Shown here: in pieces, positions 6,584 through 16,232 of the stretch | Layout: each line of letters opens with the position of its first letter | How positions within the stretch are numbered: the stretch's first letter is position 1 | Made by a program: the position numbers and the translations under genes | The notes under the pieces: generated by a model | What the model saw: only the letters and a program-made list of their open reading frames with translations | Told to the model about the DNA's origin: nothing | Database searches by the model: none | Assembly: GCA_030601885.1 (NCBI GenBank) | Contig: JAUWAU010000016.1 | Span: 66,817-130,816, forward strand | Direction: 5' to 3' | DNA from: Armatimonadota bacterium | GTDB lineage: Bacteria; Armatimonadota; Zipacnadia; JAUWAU01 | Length of the DNA stretch: 64,000 nucleotides

Positions 6584-9436
6584 ATGATGCGCAGGCAACT
6601 GATTGCCCTTGCCGTGCTGACTGCTTTGTCGATCGCCGAGTCGTCGTTTGGCGTGGCTGCTCAGAGAGGCGAGGCAGAAGCTATCCTCGACCGGATCGGG
6701 ATCACTCGCGGGATTTGCGTCGTGCTCGGCGACAAGGAGTGTGAACTGGCCCTGGACCTCGCCCGGAACAGCGACCTGACGGTGTACCTGCAACTGGCCT
6801 CCGCCAGGGATGTGGAGGCGGCGAGCCGGGCGGCCGATGCTGCCGGGCTCCTTGGAACGCGGATATGGGTGGCAAAGGGCAATTCGACCCGAATCGGCCT
6901 TGCTGAGAACCTCGCCGACGCGCTCGTTGCAGTGGGCGATCCGGCGGGTGTGCCCAAGGCCGAGGTGCTGCGAGTGCTCAGACCCGAGGGGAAAGCTATC
7001 CAGGGGCGAGGAGAATTGGTCAAGCTCTTTCCCCAGGGGGCGGACGACTGGAGCCATCACTATCATGGGCCGGACAACAACCCCCAGTCCGAGGATCGTC
7101 TCGCCGTGGCTCCCTACATCACCCAGTTCATCGCTGAGCCGCGCTACGGACCGGGCCCGCAGGCTGCCGTCGCCTCGGCCGGACGCATCTTCATGGCCTT
7201 CGGGCATGTCGCCTGGCACAAGCGAGAAGAGCCCTGGCTGAACACCCTCGTCGCAATGAACGGGTTTAACGGCACCATTCTCTGGAAGCGACCACTGTCC
7301 CCGGGAATCATGGTCGATCGCAGCGCGATGATCGCGACGCCAACGACCCTCTACCTGGCGGACGACAAGTCGTGCAAGCTCCTCGACGCCGCCACCGGGA
7401 GGCTCACCGACGAGATCGTGGTACCGGCCAACCTCACGGACGGGCCCTTCTGGAAATGGATGGCGCTGGAAGACGGTGTTCTCTACGCGCTGGTGGGAAA
7501 AGCGGAACCCCTGGACCCCGTGGCACGCTGGCGCAGCGTCAGGCATGGCTGGCCGTGGAGCGGCGTATCGGAGGGGTACAACCGGTCTGAGTACACGTGG
7601 GGACTCGGGAAGACTCTCCTGGCGATAGATCCGAAGACGAAAAAGGTCCGTTGGCATCATCAGGAGGCCGTGCCAATTGACAGTCGGACGCTGTGCATGA
7701 AAAGCGGCCGCATCTACTACGGTTCTTTCGGCCAGTACATCGCGTCTCTGGACGCGAAGACCGGCAAGGTGATCTGGAGGAGAACGGCCGAGGATGACCC
7801 GGACGTCTTCAAGGCGATCGGGCCGTACCGCCCCGGCCACGGGTATGTCGCCGGCTGGAAGAGCACCGTGTATGTAAAATGCACCGACGAGGCGCTCTAC
7901 TTCGTGGGGCCGCAGGTGGAGTGGCTGACGGCGCTCTCGGCAGAGGACGGCCGAGTGCTCTGGACGTTCCCCAACAAAGACCTGCACGTGGTCATTCGCG
8001 ATGACGGTCTCTACACTATCGGCGCTCAGAAGAGCGAGGGACACACGAAGAAGCTAGACCCTCTGACCGGACAAGTCCTCGCCAGCTACGAAACACACCG
8101 GCGGGCGTGCACGCGATCCGTGGGCAGCGCCGATGGGATTCTCTTCCGAGCCAGCGGGGGCTCCGTGCGACTCGACTTGCCAACCGGCAAGCCGCAGTGG
8201 ATCTCGCCCATGCGCCCGTCGTGTCACATTGGCGTCCTCGTGGCCGGTGGACACCTCTACTGGGTGCCCTGGGTGTGCGACTGTAACCTCCAGATGTTCG
8301 GCGTGATCTGCTGCGGGCCGGCGGGCGGATTTGAGTTCGACCGAAGGGCCACCCAGCAGCAGCGACTCGAGAGGTCCGTTGACGACCGAACCAAGATCGC
8401 GCAATTCCAGGAGTCACCGGCTGACTGGCTCACCTACCGGGCGAATAGTGCCCGCACCGCCCGCACGCGGGCCGCGATACGCGATGAGGTGAGTCTCCTG
8501 TGGAAGTCTGAGCCAAAGGTGAAGTTCGAGCCCACGGCCCCGGTTGCCGCCGGCGGCATGGTCTTCGTCGGCGGCTCGGACGGTATCGTGCGCGCCCTGG
8601 ATGCGGCCACCGGAGCGCCTCGCTGGCGGGCCTACACGGGTGGCGCCGTGCGATTCCCGCCGTCGATCGCCGGCGGTCGGGCCCTTGTCGGATCCGGCGA
8701 TGGTTGGGTGTATGCTTTCGAAGCGGCCACTGGCAGGATGCTCTGGCGTTTCCGCGCCGCGCCGGTCGAGCGAAGAATACCGGTCTACGGCTCACTGCTG
8801 TCCACGTGGCCTGTCGCGAGCGGAGTGCTGGTCGAGCAAGGTGTGGCCTACTTCGCGGCCGGCATCAACGACTATGACGGCACCCACCTGTATGCCCTCG
8901 ACGTGGCAACCGGCGAGATCAAATGGCAGAACAACACGGCCGGCCACCTCGATGCCTGGTCCCGCAGGGGCATAGCCTGTCAGGGGGAGCTACTGCTGCA
9001 CGATGGCAAGCTGTACCTGGCGGGCGGCACCGCGGTGTCGCCGGGCGCTTTCGACGTCACGAACGGCGAGTGCCTCAACGATCCACCATCGTGGGTCGGC
9101 ACCCAGGCCCGGCGAGGCCGGGAACTGCGCCTTGCCAACGGGCGCGTGGAAGTCAGCGGACAGCCCCTCTACTCGCGAGCGGACTACCCCGTGTACGACA
9201 AGTCTGCGCAGTGGGATGACCCCGTCGTGGAGACGAAGAACGTCAGTCTCCTGTGCCGCCAGCGCGAAGATCCGCCGGGGGGCGTTTGGAGCCTCGTGGC
9301 CCGGGACCCCGCCAATGGCACTGATCTGTGGGAACAGCCGCTGCCGGACGAGCCGGTGCGGTGGGGCATGGCCGTGGATGCCGGTGGGCGCATCATCGTG
9401 ACGCTCCGAAACGGGCAAGTGCTCTGTTTTGGCTAG
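6584..9436 (+). CDS. Secreted PQQ-like (BamB-type) beta-propeller repeat protein with N-terminal degenerate methyltransferase-like domain
   Basis: AAGGAG RBS and a signal peptide (LIALAVLTALSIAESSFG). Propeller blades recur (LYALVGK, VIWRR, VLWTF, APRWRAYTGG, MLWRFRA, IKWQNN, LWEQPL). It is a paralogue of 25466..29053. Confidence 0.75.
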   Translation: MMRRQLIALAVLTALSIAESSFGVAAQRGEAEAILDRIGITRGICVVLGDKECELALDLARNSDLTVYLQLASARDVEAASRAADAAGLLGTRIWVAKGNSTRIGLAENLADALVAVGDPAGVPKAEVLRVLRPEGKAIQGRGELVKLFPQGADDWSHHYHGPDNNPQSEDRLAVAPYITQFIAEPRYGPGPQAAVASAGRIFMAFGHVAWHKREEPWLNTLVAMNGFNGTILWKRPLSPGIMVDRSAMIATPTTLYLADDKSCKLLDAATGRLTDEIVVPANLTDGPFWKWMALEDGVLYALVGKAEPLDPVARWRSVRHGWPWSGVSEGYNRSEYTWGLGKTLLAIDPKTKKVRWHHQEAVPIDSRTLCMKSGRIYYGSFGQYIASLDAKTGKVIWRRTAEDDPDVFKAIGPYRPGHGYVAGWKSTVYVKCTDEALYFVGPQVEWLTALSAEDGRVLWTFPNKDLHVVIRDDGLYTIGAQKSEGHTKKLDPLTGQVLASYETHRRACTRSVGSADGILFRASGGSVRLDLPTGKPQWISPMRPSCHIGVLVAGGHLYWVPWVCDCNLQMFGVICCGPAGGFEFDRRATQQQRLERSVDDRTKIAQFQESPADWLTYRANSARTARTRAAIRDEVSLLWKSEPKVKFEPTAPVAAGGMVFVGGSDGIVRALDAATGAPRWRAYTGGAVRFPPSIAGGRALVGSGDGWVYAFEAATGRMLWRFRAAPVERRIPVYGSLLSTWPVASGVLVEQGVAYFAAGINDYDGTHLYALDVATGEIKWQNNTAGHLDAWSRRGIACQGELLLHDGKLYLAGGTAVSPGAFDVTNGECLNDPPSWVGTQARRGRELRLANGRVEVSGQPLYSRADYPVYDKSAQWDDPVVETKNVSLLCRQREDPPGGVWSLVARDPANGTDLWEQPLPDEPVRWGMAVDAGGRIIVTLRNGQVLCFG

Positions 9437-9477
9437 CGCTTGATTGCGTCAATCGGCACGTGAAAGGCCTCGGGCCA

Positions 9478-9573
9478 GGAATGGCCCGCACACGCGGGCG
9501 GCGCCGCCCGCGGGCGACCCGCGGCCTCCCACCCACGCGTAGCTCGGGCTTTCGAGCGCGAGATTCCCGATCA
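9478..9573. repeat. REP-like GC-rich palindromic intergenic element (family copy D, diverged)
   Basis: Reads GGAATGGCCCGCACACGCGGGCGGCGCC...CCCACGCGTAGCTCGGGCTTTCGAGCGCGAG. It shares the GAATGGCCCGC...ACGCG / CGCGTAG.TCGGGCTTTC blocks with 19688..19806 and 23083..23276. Confidence 0.6.
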
Positions 9574-9670
9574 AACAACAGCTCTTGCATACCCATCGCC
9601 GGGCCCTTCCCCGTGTGCAATGAGCTGATCACACCTGTCTCTCGCATCCACGGAGCATCAGGAGAAGGAA

Positions 9671-10522
9671 ATGAGCCAAACCGCCGAAAGAAGCGCCGCG
9701 GGCTGGACGGCAAGACAAATCCGTCAGCGTCTCGGTATCTCGACCGCCATCTACCAGAAAAAGCGCCTGGGCGCTGGCGAGATCGCAGCGATACGGGAGA
9801 GAGGCATTCGGCGTATTGAGCTGCTCATAAAGCAGCCCTCCTTCGATTTCGAGGATCGCCACCAGGTGTCAGAGGTCCTCGGCGAATGTGAGAAGCAGGG
9901 CGTGGCGATCGTCTCCGTGCACGGCAGCCTGGAATTGGATTACAAAGCGGAAGACGAGACAACTCGGCGACAGGTCATCGGCGAGACCCTGAACTCGATA
10001 CGATTCGCCGAGGAGGTGGGCGCATCCGTCTTCGTCGCTCATTTTGGCTGGAATGAGAACACCGAGAGGACCGTGACAGAGCTGCTGGGCAATACCGACG
10101 GGTGCCAGGTGAGGCTCACTACCGAGAACATGCTCGGAAAGATCGAGCGGTATCTGCCCGTCGTGGAGGAGATAGGGACCGAGCGCTTTGGGCTGACATT
10201 GGATGTTGGCCACGCCAGAGACGCTGAGGGCCGCAATCCCTTTGCCATGAAACACCGCGCGCGCCGCGCTCTGGCTCAGTGCAGCGCCGGGCTTCTGCAC
10301 CTGCACCTCCACGAGACGTTTGATTTGGAGCAAAAGCGCGACCATTGGCCACCCCTGCACGAACGTGGGATCATCGCATGGGGAGAAGTCTTCGCCGCGC
10401 TCAGAGACATTGACTACCGGGGAGAGCTCCTATTCGAGGACGGCCGCGGCGAAGACCCAGAGGAATGGAGTCAAATGACCGGGGCCTTCCCCGAGAGCTT
10501 CGTTACTCGTTATGCCGAGTGA
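9671..10522 (+). CDS. Sugar phosphate isomerase/epimerase (xylose isomerase-like TIM barrel)
   Basis: AGGAGAAGG RBS. Family blocks are present (IRRIELL, VSVHGS, VFVAHFG, LTTENM, LTLDVGHA, LHLHLHE). Confidence 0.75.
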   Translation: MSQTAERSAAGWTARQIRQRLGISTAIYQKKRLGAGEIAAIRERGIRRIELLIKQPSFDFEDRHQVSEVLGECEKQGVAIVSVHGSLELDYKAEDETTRRQVIGETLNSIRFAEEVGASVFVAHFGWNENTERTVTELLGNTDGCQVRLTTENMLGKIERYLPVVEEIGTERFGLTLDVGHARDAEGRNPFAMKHRARRALAQCSAGLLHLHLHETFDLEQKRDHWPPLHERGIIAWGEVFAALRDIDYRGELLFEDGRGEDPEEWSQMTGAFPESFVTRYAE

Positions 10523-10692
10523 ATCGCTGCAGCTCTTGGGCCTCGCCGGGCACCCCCTGCCGTGCCCGCGCCCCCGCCTCGCGGAAGCCCGGAGGCCGTT
10601 CTTGCCGGATCGCGCGGCAGCATCCCTCCGGCATTGCCAAGGCTCTCAGGTTCTGCCAAGTAGGCTTGAACGGCAGGTTGCATTCCCACGTG

Positions 10693-11232
10693 CTACTCGC
10701 CTGACCTCGCCTTCGCAGCAACGGCCACCGTCGCGAGAGCGTGGGTGCCGTGGCAGTCGGTGCACATGGCCTGCCGAAGAATCTCCCGCCCATTCGGGCG
10801 CACCTTCCCCTTCCACTCGGCCAGGAATGCCGCGACTCTCTCGGGATGCTCGTGGGGGCCATGGCATCTCTCGCAGAACGGCGCCACCTCAGCGCGGCCG
10901 AACATGACGTCCGGCTTGATCTCGTGCCCCTCGTCGTCTGCATGCTCGGAACAGATCCCGTGGCAGACGGCGCAGGTGATGCCGAGTTTGAGATGCGTCG
11001 TGACGAGGAGCTCCTCTTCGAAGTTCGCGTGACAGACCAGGCAGGGCGAGTTGTCTTCAGGCAGCCTGGCTCTCAGGCCACTGCGTACAGCGTGGGCCGT
11101 GACTTGCTGCTGTATCTCCTGCTTGAATTGCTCGACCCTCGCGCCCATCTCCTGCGTCACGGACGACCCGTGGGCGGCCAGCCAGATTCCACCCGTGGCC
11201 ATCACCATGATCGCCGCCAATCTCCACTTCAT
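10693..11232 (-). CDS. Membrane-anchored tetraheme cytochrome c
   Basis: Four CxxCH motifs are present (CLVCH, CAVCH, CERCH, CTDCH). There is an N-terminal hydrophobic anchor (LAAIMVMATGGIWLAA) and a GGAGG RBS 7 nt upstream. It is a paralogue of 23273..23737. Confidence 0.85.
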   Translation of the reverse strand: MKWRLAAIMVMATGGIWLAAHGSSVTQEMGARVEQFKQEIQQQVTAHAVRSGLRARLPEDNSPCLVCHANFEEELLVTTHLKLGITCAVCHGICSEHADDEGHEIKPDVMFGRAEVAPFCERCHGPHEHPERVAAFLAEWKGKVRPNGREILRQAMCTDCHGTHALATVAVAAKARSGE

Positions 11233-11654
11233 TACTTTGCCTCCTACATCTGGTTCCAGGTCATAATGCTTTTTGTGGCCTCGAACATGAGTATCATGTC
11301 GCCGGAATTGCCTTGACGGAATAGAGCATCGCCGTGGGCCTCACGCCTCGCTGCGTGACGTGATGAGCAACTGCAGGAAGGACCGCTCGTGCCATTCGGG
11401 CGCCGGCAGCCAAGATACCAACGACTGCGCGCCATCGTCAAGAGAATGAGTACCATGCCTCCGAGTGCCAACTAACGGGTGTCTTTCAACAAGCCCCTTG
11501 TCTTGTCCCCATCTTGTGGCGAAACAGGTCACGGGTCATCCTCAGCAAAGCCCCCACGCGTCTCGCGTGGGGCAAGAGGACTCCATTCAGCTTTGCGCGA
11601 AGCTCGTCGGCGATCCCGCTGGGCGGGACCAGTCTCGTCACATGGAGAGCCCCA

Positions 11655-13008
11655 ATGAAACGACATCGCGTCCTTTGGCTCTTGCCTCCATTGGCATTGG
11701 CAACTGCCCCATTCGTCGCCACGCTGGGGATGGCTCAGGAGGGCAAAGACTCAGCGGTTCCGGCTCCAGCGAGAATCCACGAGTTGGCGAAGATGCTCCC
11801 GCAGTCGCCTCGCGGACTGGGCAGCCCCATCGAGGATCGCGAATCATGGCAGGCCATCGCCAACGTGCTGGGGGTCGAGGAGATTCTCTCTCGGGCCGAA
11901 GAGCTGACGAGGGGTGCGATCCCCGAGACCGTCGGCGAGGCGCTTTCCGGGACGCTCCGGCAGATCGCCGTTGTGGAGGCTCTACGAGCTGGCAGTGTAT
12001 CGCTTCCCCAATTCGGCAACCAGCAGGGCCGCCGTGGACAAGCCGCCCTCTGTTCCCCCTCGGCGCGACTACTTCCCGGAGGCTGGCGTGCTCATCTGCC
12101 GACCCGCCCCCGACAATCGGGGCCATGCGCTGGGCGTGGCGCTCAAGGGCGGTCATAATGGCGAGCACCACAACCACAACGACGTCGGATCGTTCGTCGT
12201 GGCGTTAGCCGGGAGAACCCCGCTGGTGGACCCGGGAAGGGAGAACTACTCCGCGCTGACCTTCACCGCCCGGCGCTACGAGAGCAAGCTGCTGAGCTCA
12301 TTCGGGCACTCCGTGCCGCGCGTGGCCGGCCGGTTGCAGCGTGCGGGCCGTGCCGCCGCCGCCCGGGTTCTTGAGACGGAGTTCACCGACCGGGCCGACA
12401 CGCTGGTGCTCGACCTCCGCGCGGCCTACGACGTGCCGGGCCTGCAAGGGCTCAAGCGGACCTTCGTCTTCTCCCGCGAGCGTGGCGGCAGCCTGACGGT
12501 AATCGACAGTGTCGAGTTCGCCGCCCCGCGGACCTTCGAGACGGCGCTGGTCACCTTCTCCCGGTGGCGTCAATTGGCCGCCGATCGCCTTTTGATCGGC
12601 GAGGGCCCCGAAGCCGTGCAGGTGGACATCGCCGCCCAGGGTGAGGAATTCGTGGTCCAGGCGGAGAGCATCGAGGCGGACCTCTCCGGCGGCCGACTCC
12701 CGACGCGTCTGGGAATAGCCCTGGCAAAGCCCGCCACCAACGCGACAGTCACAGTGACCATCGCCCCCGCTTCGCCGGACCAGGCGACCGGGCCAATGGA
12801 GTCCAAACGCGCCATGAAGCAAGCAGAGCGACCCATCTCAGACGTCCCCGGCATCAGCATCCCTGAGGATACCTCTCCCGTTCAGACGGCGGAAGTAACG
12901 GCGGAAGACGGCAACACAATTCAGATCGCCATCAGTAATTCTGGGGACACCATACTTAATTATTGGAGTCGAGTGTGGTGTCCGTCGAACTTCGGATTGG
13001 CCCAATAA
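11655..13008 (+). pseudogene. Heparinase II/III-family protein, apparently frameshifted and shortened
   Basis: A signal peptide (MKRHRVLWLLPPLALATAPFVATLG) and N-terminal region lie in one frame up to about 11990. The C-terminal heparinase II/III domain, with GGHNGEHHNHNDVGSFVV, continues in the +1 frame (track ORF 11914..13008). The combined length is much shorter than usual for this family. The last codons run into the J-repeat hairpin. Confidence 0.5.
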
Positions 13009-13033
13009 TTAAGTATGGTGTCCCCAGAATTAC
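12935..13033. repeat. J-repeat copies 5 and 6 forming a perfect 32-bp inverted repeat with a 35-bp spacer (MITE-like hairpin)
   Basis: 12935..12966 reads GTAATTCTGGGGACACCATACTTAATTATTGG. 13002..13033 reads CCAATAATTAAGTATGGTGTCCCCAGAATTAC, its exact reverse complement. Confidence 0.9.
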
Positions 13034-13036
13034 GGC

Positions 13037-13599
13037 ATGTGGATGGGTTCCATCCCCACGCATTCACTGAAGGGCTGCCTGGCCACCGCCCAGTTCATCA
13101 ATCGCTGCCTCGCCCGCGAGGAGGTGGTCGGCGCCAACTACCACAATGTGTCCGCCGGTGTCCGTGGGGCGTCATCTACCGGGGGAGAGAGACCGGAAAG
13201 CTCTACACGACCGGCATTCTCGACATGATCCGCGTCCTCAATGAGGGCGTGGGCGACCAAGTGGTGTTTTCCTCGGTCGAGGGGGAGCGCTGCGATCCGA
13301 GAAAGAGCGACATCAGTTTCACCGTCACCGCAATGACGACGCCTGAGGGGCTGAACCTGATTCTTGTCAACCGCGAAGCGGACGTCGCCCGCGATTTGAC
13401 GTTTCAGTTTCAGCGGGGCTATCGTTTGGTGGAAGAGATCTCACTCTCCGCCGAGTCCCTGGATTCCCACAACACCGAATTCCAGAGGGAGATTATCGTC
13501 TCCCGCGAGCGACCGCAGGTGCCAGAAGAGCTCCGGCGCTTCCTCATGCCCGCCAAAGCCCTGGCAACGCTCAAACTGAAGCTGATTCCCGGCACATGA
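13037..13599 (+). pseudogene. 3' remnant of a glycoside hydrolase (C-terminal beta-sandwich region), frameshifted
   Basis: Coding-looking sequence starts directly at the J-repeat. ATAQFINRCLAREEVVGANYHNV lies in one frame, and GKLYTTGILDMIRVLNEGVGDQVVFSSVEGE...LNLILVNREADVARDLTFQF...LMPAKALATLKL in another. No catalytic domain or plausible start is present. The family assignment is tentative. Confidence 0.4.
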
Positions 13600-13681
13600 T
13601 AGTCATTCGAGAAACCAGGGACAGTGGCGCTGTTGAAATACCCGGGCCCCGGCGGCTCGTTGTCTGGCCACCGGCCGCCCA

Positions 13682-13777
13682 CCGCGTAGGTCGGCCTTCC
13701 GCCTTCGCGAGAGGGACGAAGCTTCGGCGGAGTCCCTTCCAGGCCGACATCGCGGGCTGGAAGGCCCGCGCTACGCG
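13682..13777. repeat. REP-like GC-rich palindromic element (family copy C, permuted)
   Basis: Reads CCGCGTAGGTCGGCCTTCCGCCTTCGCGAGAGGGACGAAGCTTCGGCGGAGTCCCTTCCAGGCCGAC...GGCCCGCGCTACGCG. It shares modules with 23083..23276. Confidence 0.65.
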
Positions 13778-13893
13778 AACGGGTGTGTGGCCTGGGTTTT
13801 TCCACAGCCCCACAGTCACCCATTTCTGGGCACACGTTTACCCGCTGGGTTTGCCCGTCCGCCGAAACTCAGAAATAGGTGACTGTGCCTCGT

Positions 13894-15315
13894 TTAGATG
13901 CTCTCCTGCCAGTCCTTGATTCGCTTGGTCAGTCTCGCGATCACGTCGTCGTGCTTTCCGGAGTCGAAGAGGTTCGTGGTCTCGCCCGGGTCCTCGCTCA
14001 GATTGAAGAGCTGGCAGTGGTCCTCCCGGAAGAGACACAGCTTCCACCCGTCCGGGGACACGACGGTGCGGACCGGGGTGTTGCCGTGCCATTGGATGAA
14101 AACGTGGTCCTCGGCGACGGTCTCCCCGCGCGTCAGGGGGAGGAGGCTCTGGCCGGGAAGCGCCTCCCCCGCATCGGATCCCATCAGCTCCAGCAGCGTG
14201 GGGACCAGGTCGATATGGCTCACGGGCTGACGGATGACAGTCTCTTTCCGCCCGAGCCACGGGATACGCATGAGCCAGGGGACCCTGGAGGCCTCCTCAT
14301 ACATCACGCCCTTTGTCACCAGGCGATGGCTGCCCATCATGTCCCCGTGGTCGCTGGTGTAGACGACGATGGTGTTCTCGGTGAGCCCGAGATCCTCGAG
14401 GGCTCCCAGGATCTGCCCGACGCTCATGTCCACCTGGCTGCACAGCCCCCAGTACCTGGCAATCAGGTTGCGGAAGTCCTCCTCGGTCTCGCCGTACTTC
14501 TCCCGGTACCCCGCCAGTTTCTTGCGATAGGCCTCGGGCTCGTTCTCCTCCAGCGGGTCGTCGAAATTGGCCGGCAGATCCACATAGTCCGGAGCGTGCA
14601 AGTCGTCCAGGGGGCCGTAGAAGGGCATGTGGGGTTCGAGGAAGTTGACGTAGAGAATGAAAGGCTCACCGCGATGGCGCCTGAGGAAATCACCTGCGTT
14701 GTTCCCCAGGAATGCCGGTTTGCACTGCTCGATTGGCCTTCTGGCGGCGAAACCGCGGCTGAACTTGCCGTCCTTGGTGTCGGGCTCGTAGCCATGCTCG
14801 ATCAGGAAGTGGTGATAGTCGCTTCGGGCGTTCCTGTCGCGGCCTTCCCGGTAGTACTTCGCGTAGCCGTCCTCCATGGACACCCATTCCTCGAACCCGT
14901 GCTGGGCGAAGATCTCGTCGCCGAGGTGCCACTTGCCCATGTATGCCGTGCGGTAGTCCGGATCGGCCAGCACCTCGTTGAGGCAGGGGGTATCGAGCGG
15001 AAGCGGGATGTTGTTTTTGACGCACCCGCTCGTGTGGGGCCAAAGGCCGGTCATGACGGAGGAGCGTGAGGGCGTGCACACCGGCTGGGTGACGTATGTC
15101 TTCTCGAAGACGTAGCTCTCGGAGGCGAGCTTGTTGAGGTTCGGAGTCTTGATCTTCCGGTTCCCGTAGACCGCCATGGTGTCGGCGCGCTGCTCGTCGG
15201 TCCAGAGAAACAGCAGGTTGGGCTTGTCGCGCGGCGCCGAGGAGGCAGAGCGGCTCAGCCCCGCCAGGGACAGGGATCCGGCCGCACCCGCACCCAGGAA
15301 TTGTCTTCTGTTCAT
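13894..15315 (-). CDS. TAT-exported sulfatase (formylglycine-dependent, S1 family)
   Basis: The twin-arginine signal is NRRQFLGAGAAGS. Family blocks are NLLFLWTDEQRAD, the active-site CTPSRSSVMTG (CxPxR) and VVYTSDHGDM. Confidence 0.9.
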   Translation of the reverse strand: MNRRQFLGAGAAGSLSLAGLSRSASSAPRDKPNLLFLWTDEQRADTMAVYGNRKIKTPNLNKLASESYVFEKTYVTQPVCTPSRSSVMTGLWPHTSGCVKNNIPLPLDTPCLNEVLADPDYRTAYMGKWHLGDEIFAQHGFEEWVSMEDGYAKYYREGRDRNARSDYHHFLIEHGYEPDTKDGKFSRGFAARRPIEQCKPAFLGNNAGDFLRRHRGEPFILYVNFLEPHMPFYGPLDDLHAPDYVDLPANFDDPLEENEPEAYRKKLAGYREKYGETEEDFRNLIARYWGLCSQVDMSVGQILGALEDLGLTENTIVVYTSDHGDMMGSHRLVTKGVMYEEASRVPWLMRIPWLGRKETVIRQPVSHIDLVPTLLELMGSDAGEALPGQSLLPLTRGETVAEDHVFIQWHGNTPVRTVVSPDGWKLCLFREDHCQLFNLSEDPGETTNLFDSGKHDDVIARLTKRIKDWQESI

Positions 15316-15371
15316 TCGTTGCTCTCCTTTTGAGCTCCATGCGCGGCGTCCGTGATCACAATGACCGGCCG

Positions 15372-16124
15372 TTACGGATCTACGCGAGCGGCGGAGCCGT
15401 CCAGTTCGCGTATCCTGATATTGCGAAAGGCGACACGGGCGCCGTGGTCTTGGAGGAGAATGGCCCCTGTTTTGGCCTTAAAGAAATCCGCGGCGAAATG
15501 ATCCTTGGAGGACGGGCCTGCAAGCAGTTTGGACCATTCGCTACCGGGTGCGGGATCGACCATAACATCGACGGTCTGTGTGCCGTTGAGCCAGAAGCGC
15601 AGCCGGTCTTTGTTGTCACCGGCAGGTTCGAGCAGAATGCGAACATCGTTCCACTCGCCGGGTCGCTTGGCGAGGTCCTTGGGGGCGGCCACCAGGCCGT
15701 ACAGGGCTCCGGCGCAGCGATCGCCGCGGACCTTCACGTTGTATGAATCATAGAGTTGGTACTCGGGAGCGAGCCGCCACGGATGACGCTCCTCGGTCTC
15801 TTCGACCACGCGAAACATGACGCCGCTGTTGCCCTCTTCGGCAATGGTGTGTTCCAGCCGGAGATCGAAGTACCCGAAGCTCTCCTTTGTGATCAGGTCC
15901 CGGCCGCCCTTGGCGGTCATCACCATCGCCCCCTCGATGACCTGCCATTGCGGCTTGATCGTCTCTGATCTGTAGTTGCGCCAGCCGTCCAGGGAAGTGC
16001 CGTCGAAGAGGAGTCGGAAGCCCTGGTCCTTTTCCTCCGGGCTCAACTGGTTGAGCTGGTCGGCGGAGACGCCGGAGAAGATGAGCAGCAGGCAGATCAA
16101 GGCGAATGTGTGTGCCCTGTGCAT
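15372..16124 (-). CDS. DUF1080 (3-keto-disaccharide hydrolase-like) domain protein, secreted
   Basis: Signal peptide MHRAHTFALICLLLIFSGVSA. Family blocks are LFDGTSLDGWRNY, WQVIEGAM, DLITKESFGYFDLRLEH, GNSGVMFR and GAILLQDHGARVAFRNIRIREL. The track ORF starts 24 nt earlier. Confidence 0.85.
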   Translation of the reverse strand: MHRAHTFALICLLLIFSGVSADQLNQLSPEEKDQGFRLLFDGTSLDGWRNYRSETIKPQWQVIEGAMVMTAKGGRDLITKESFGYFDLRLEHTIAEEGNSGVMFRVVEETEERHPWRLAPEYQLYDSYNVKVRGDRCAGALYGLVAAPKDLAKRPGEWNDVRILLEPAGDNKDRLRFWLNGTQTVDVMVDPAPGSEWSKLLAGPSSKDHFAADFFKAKTGAILLQDHGARVAFRNIRIRELDGSAARVDP

Positions 16125-16232
16125 GGCTTTGGCTCCCGTGGAATGCATTGGGTATCCCTGTGTCCCCGGACTACAGGCAACGACAATGCAGGCAGGGATG
16201 CCTGCGTTCCCGGAGAGCGGAGGTCCTCTGAG

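Noticed and set aside
6527-8044. 505-aa ORF on the minus strand
   Set aside because: It is antisense to the PQQ-propeller gene, which has an RBS, a signal peptide and repeated blades. This ORF has no motifs.
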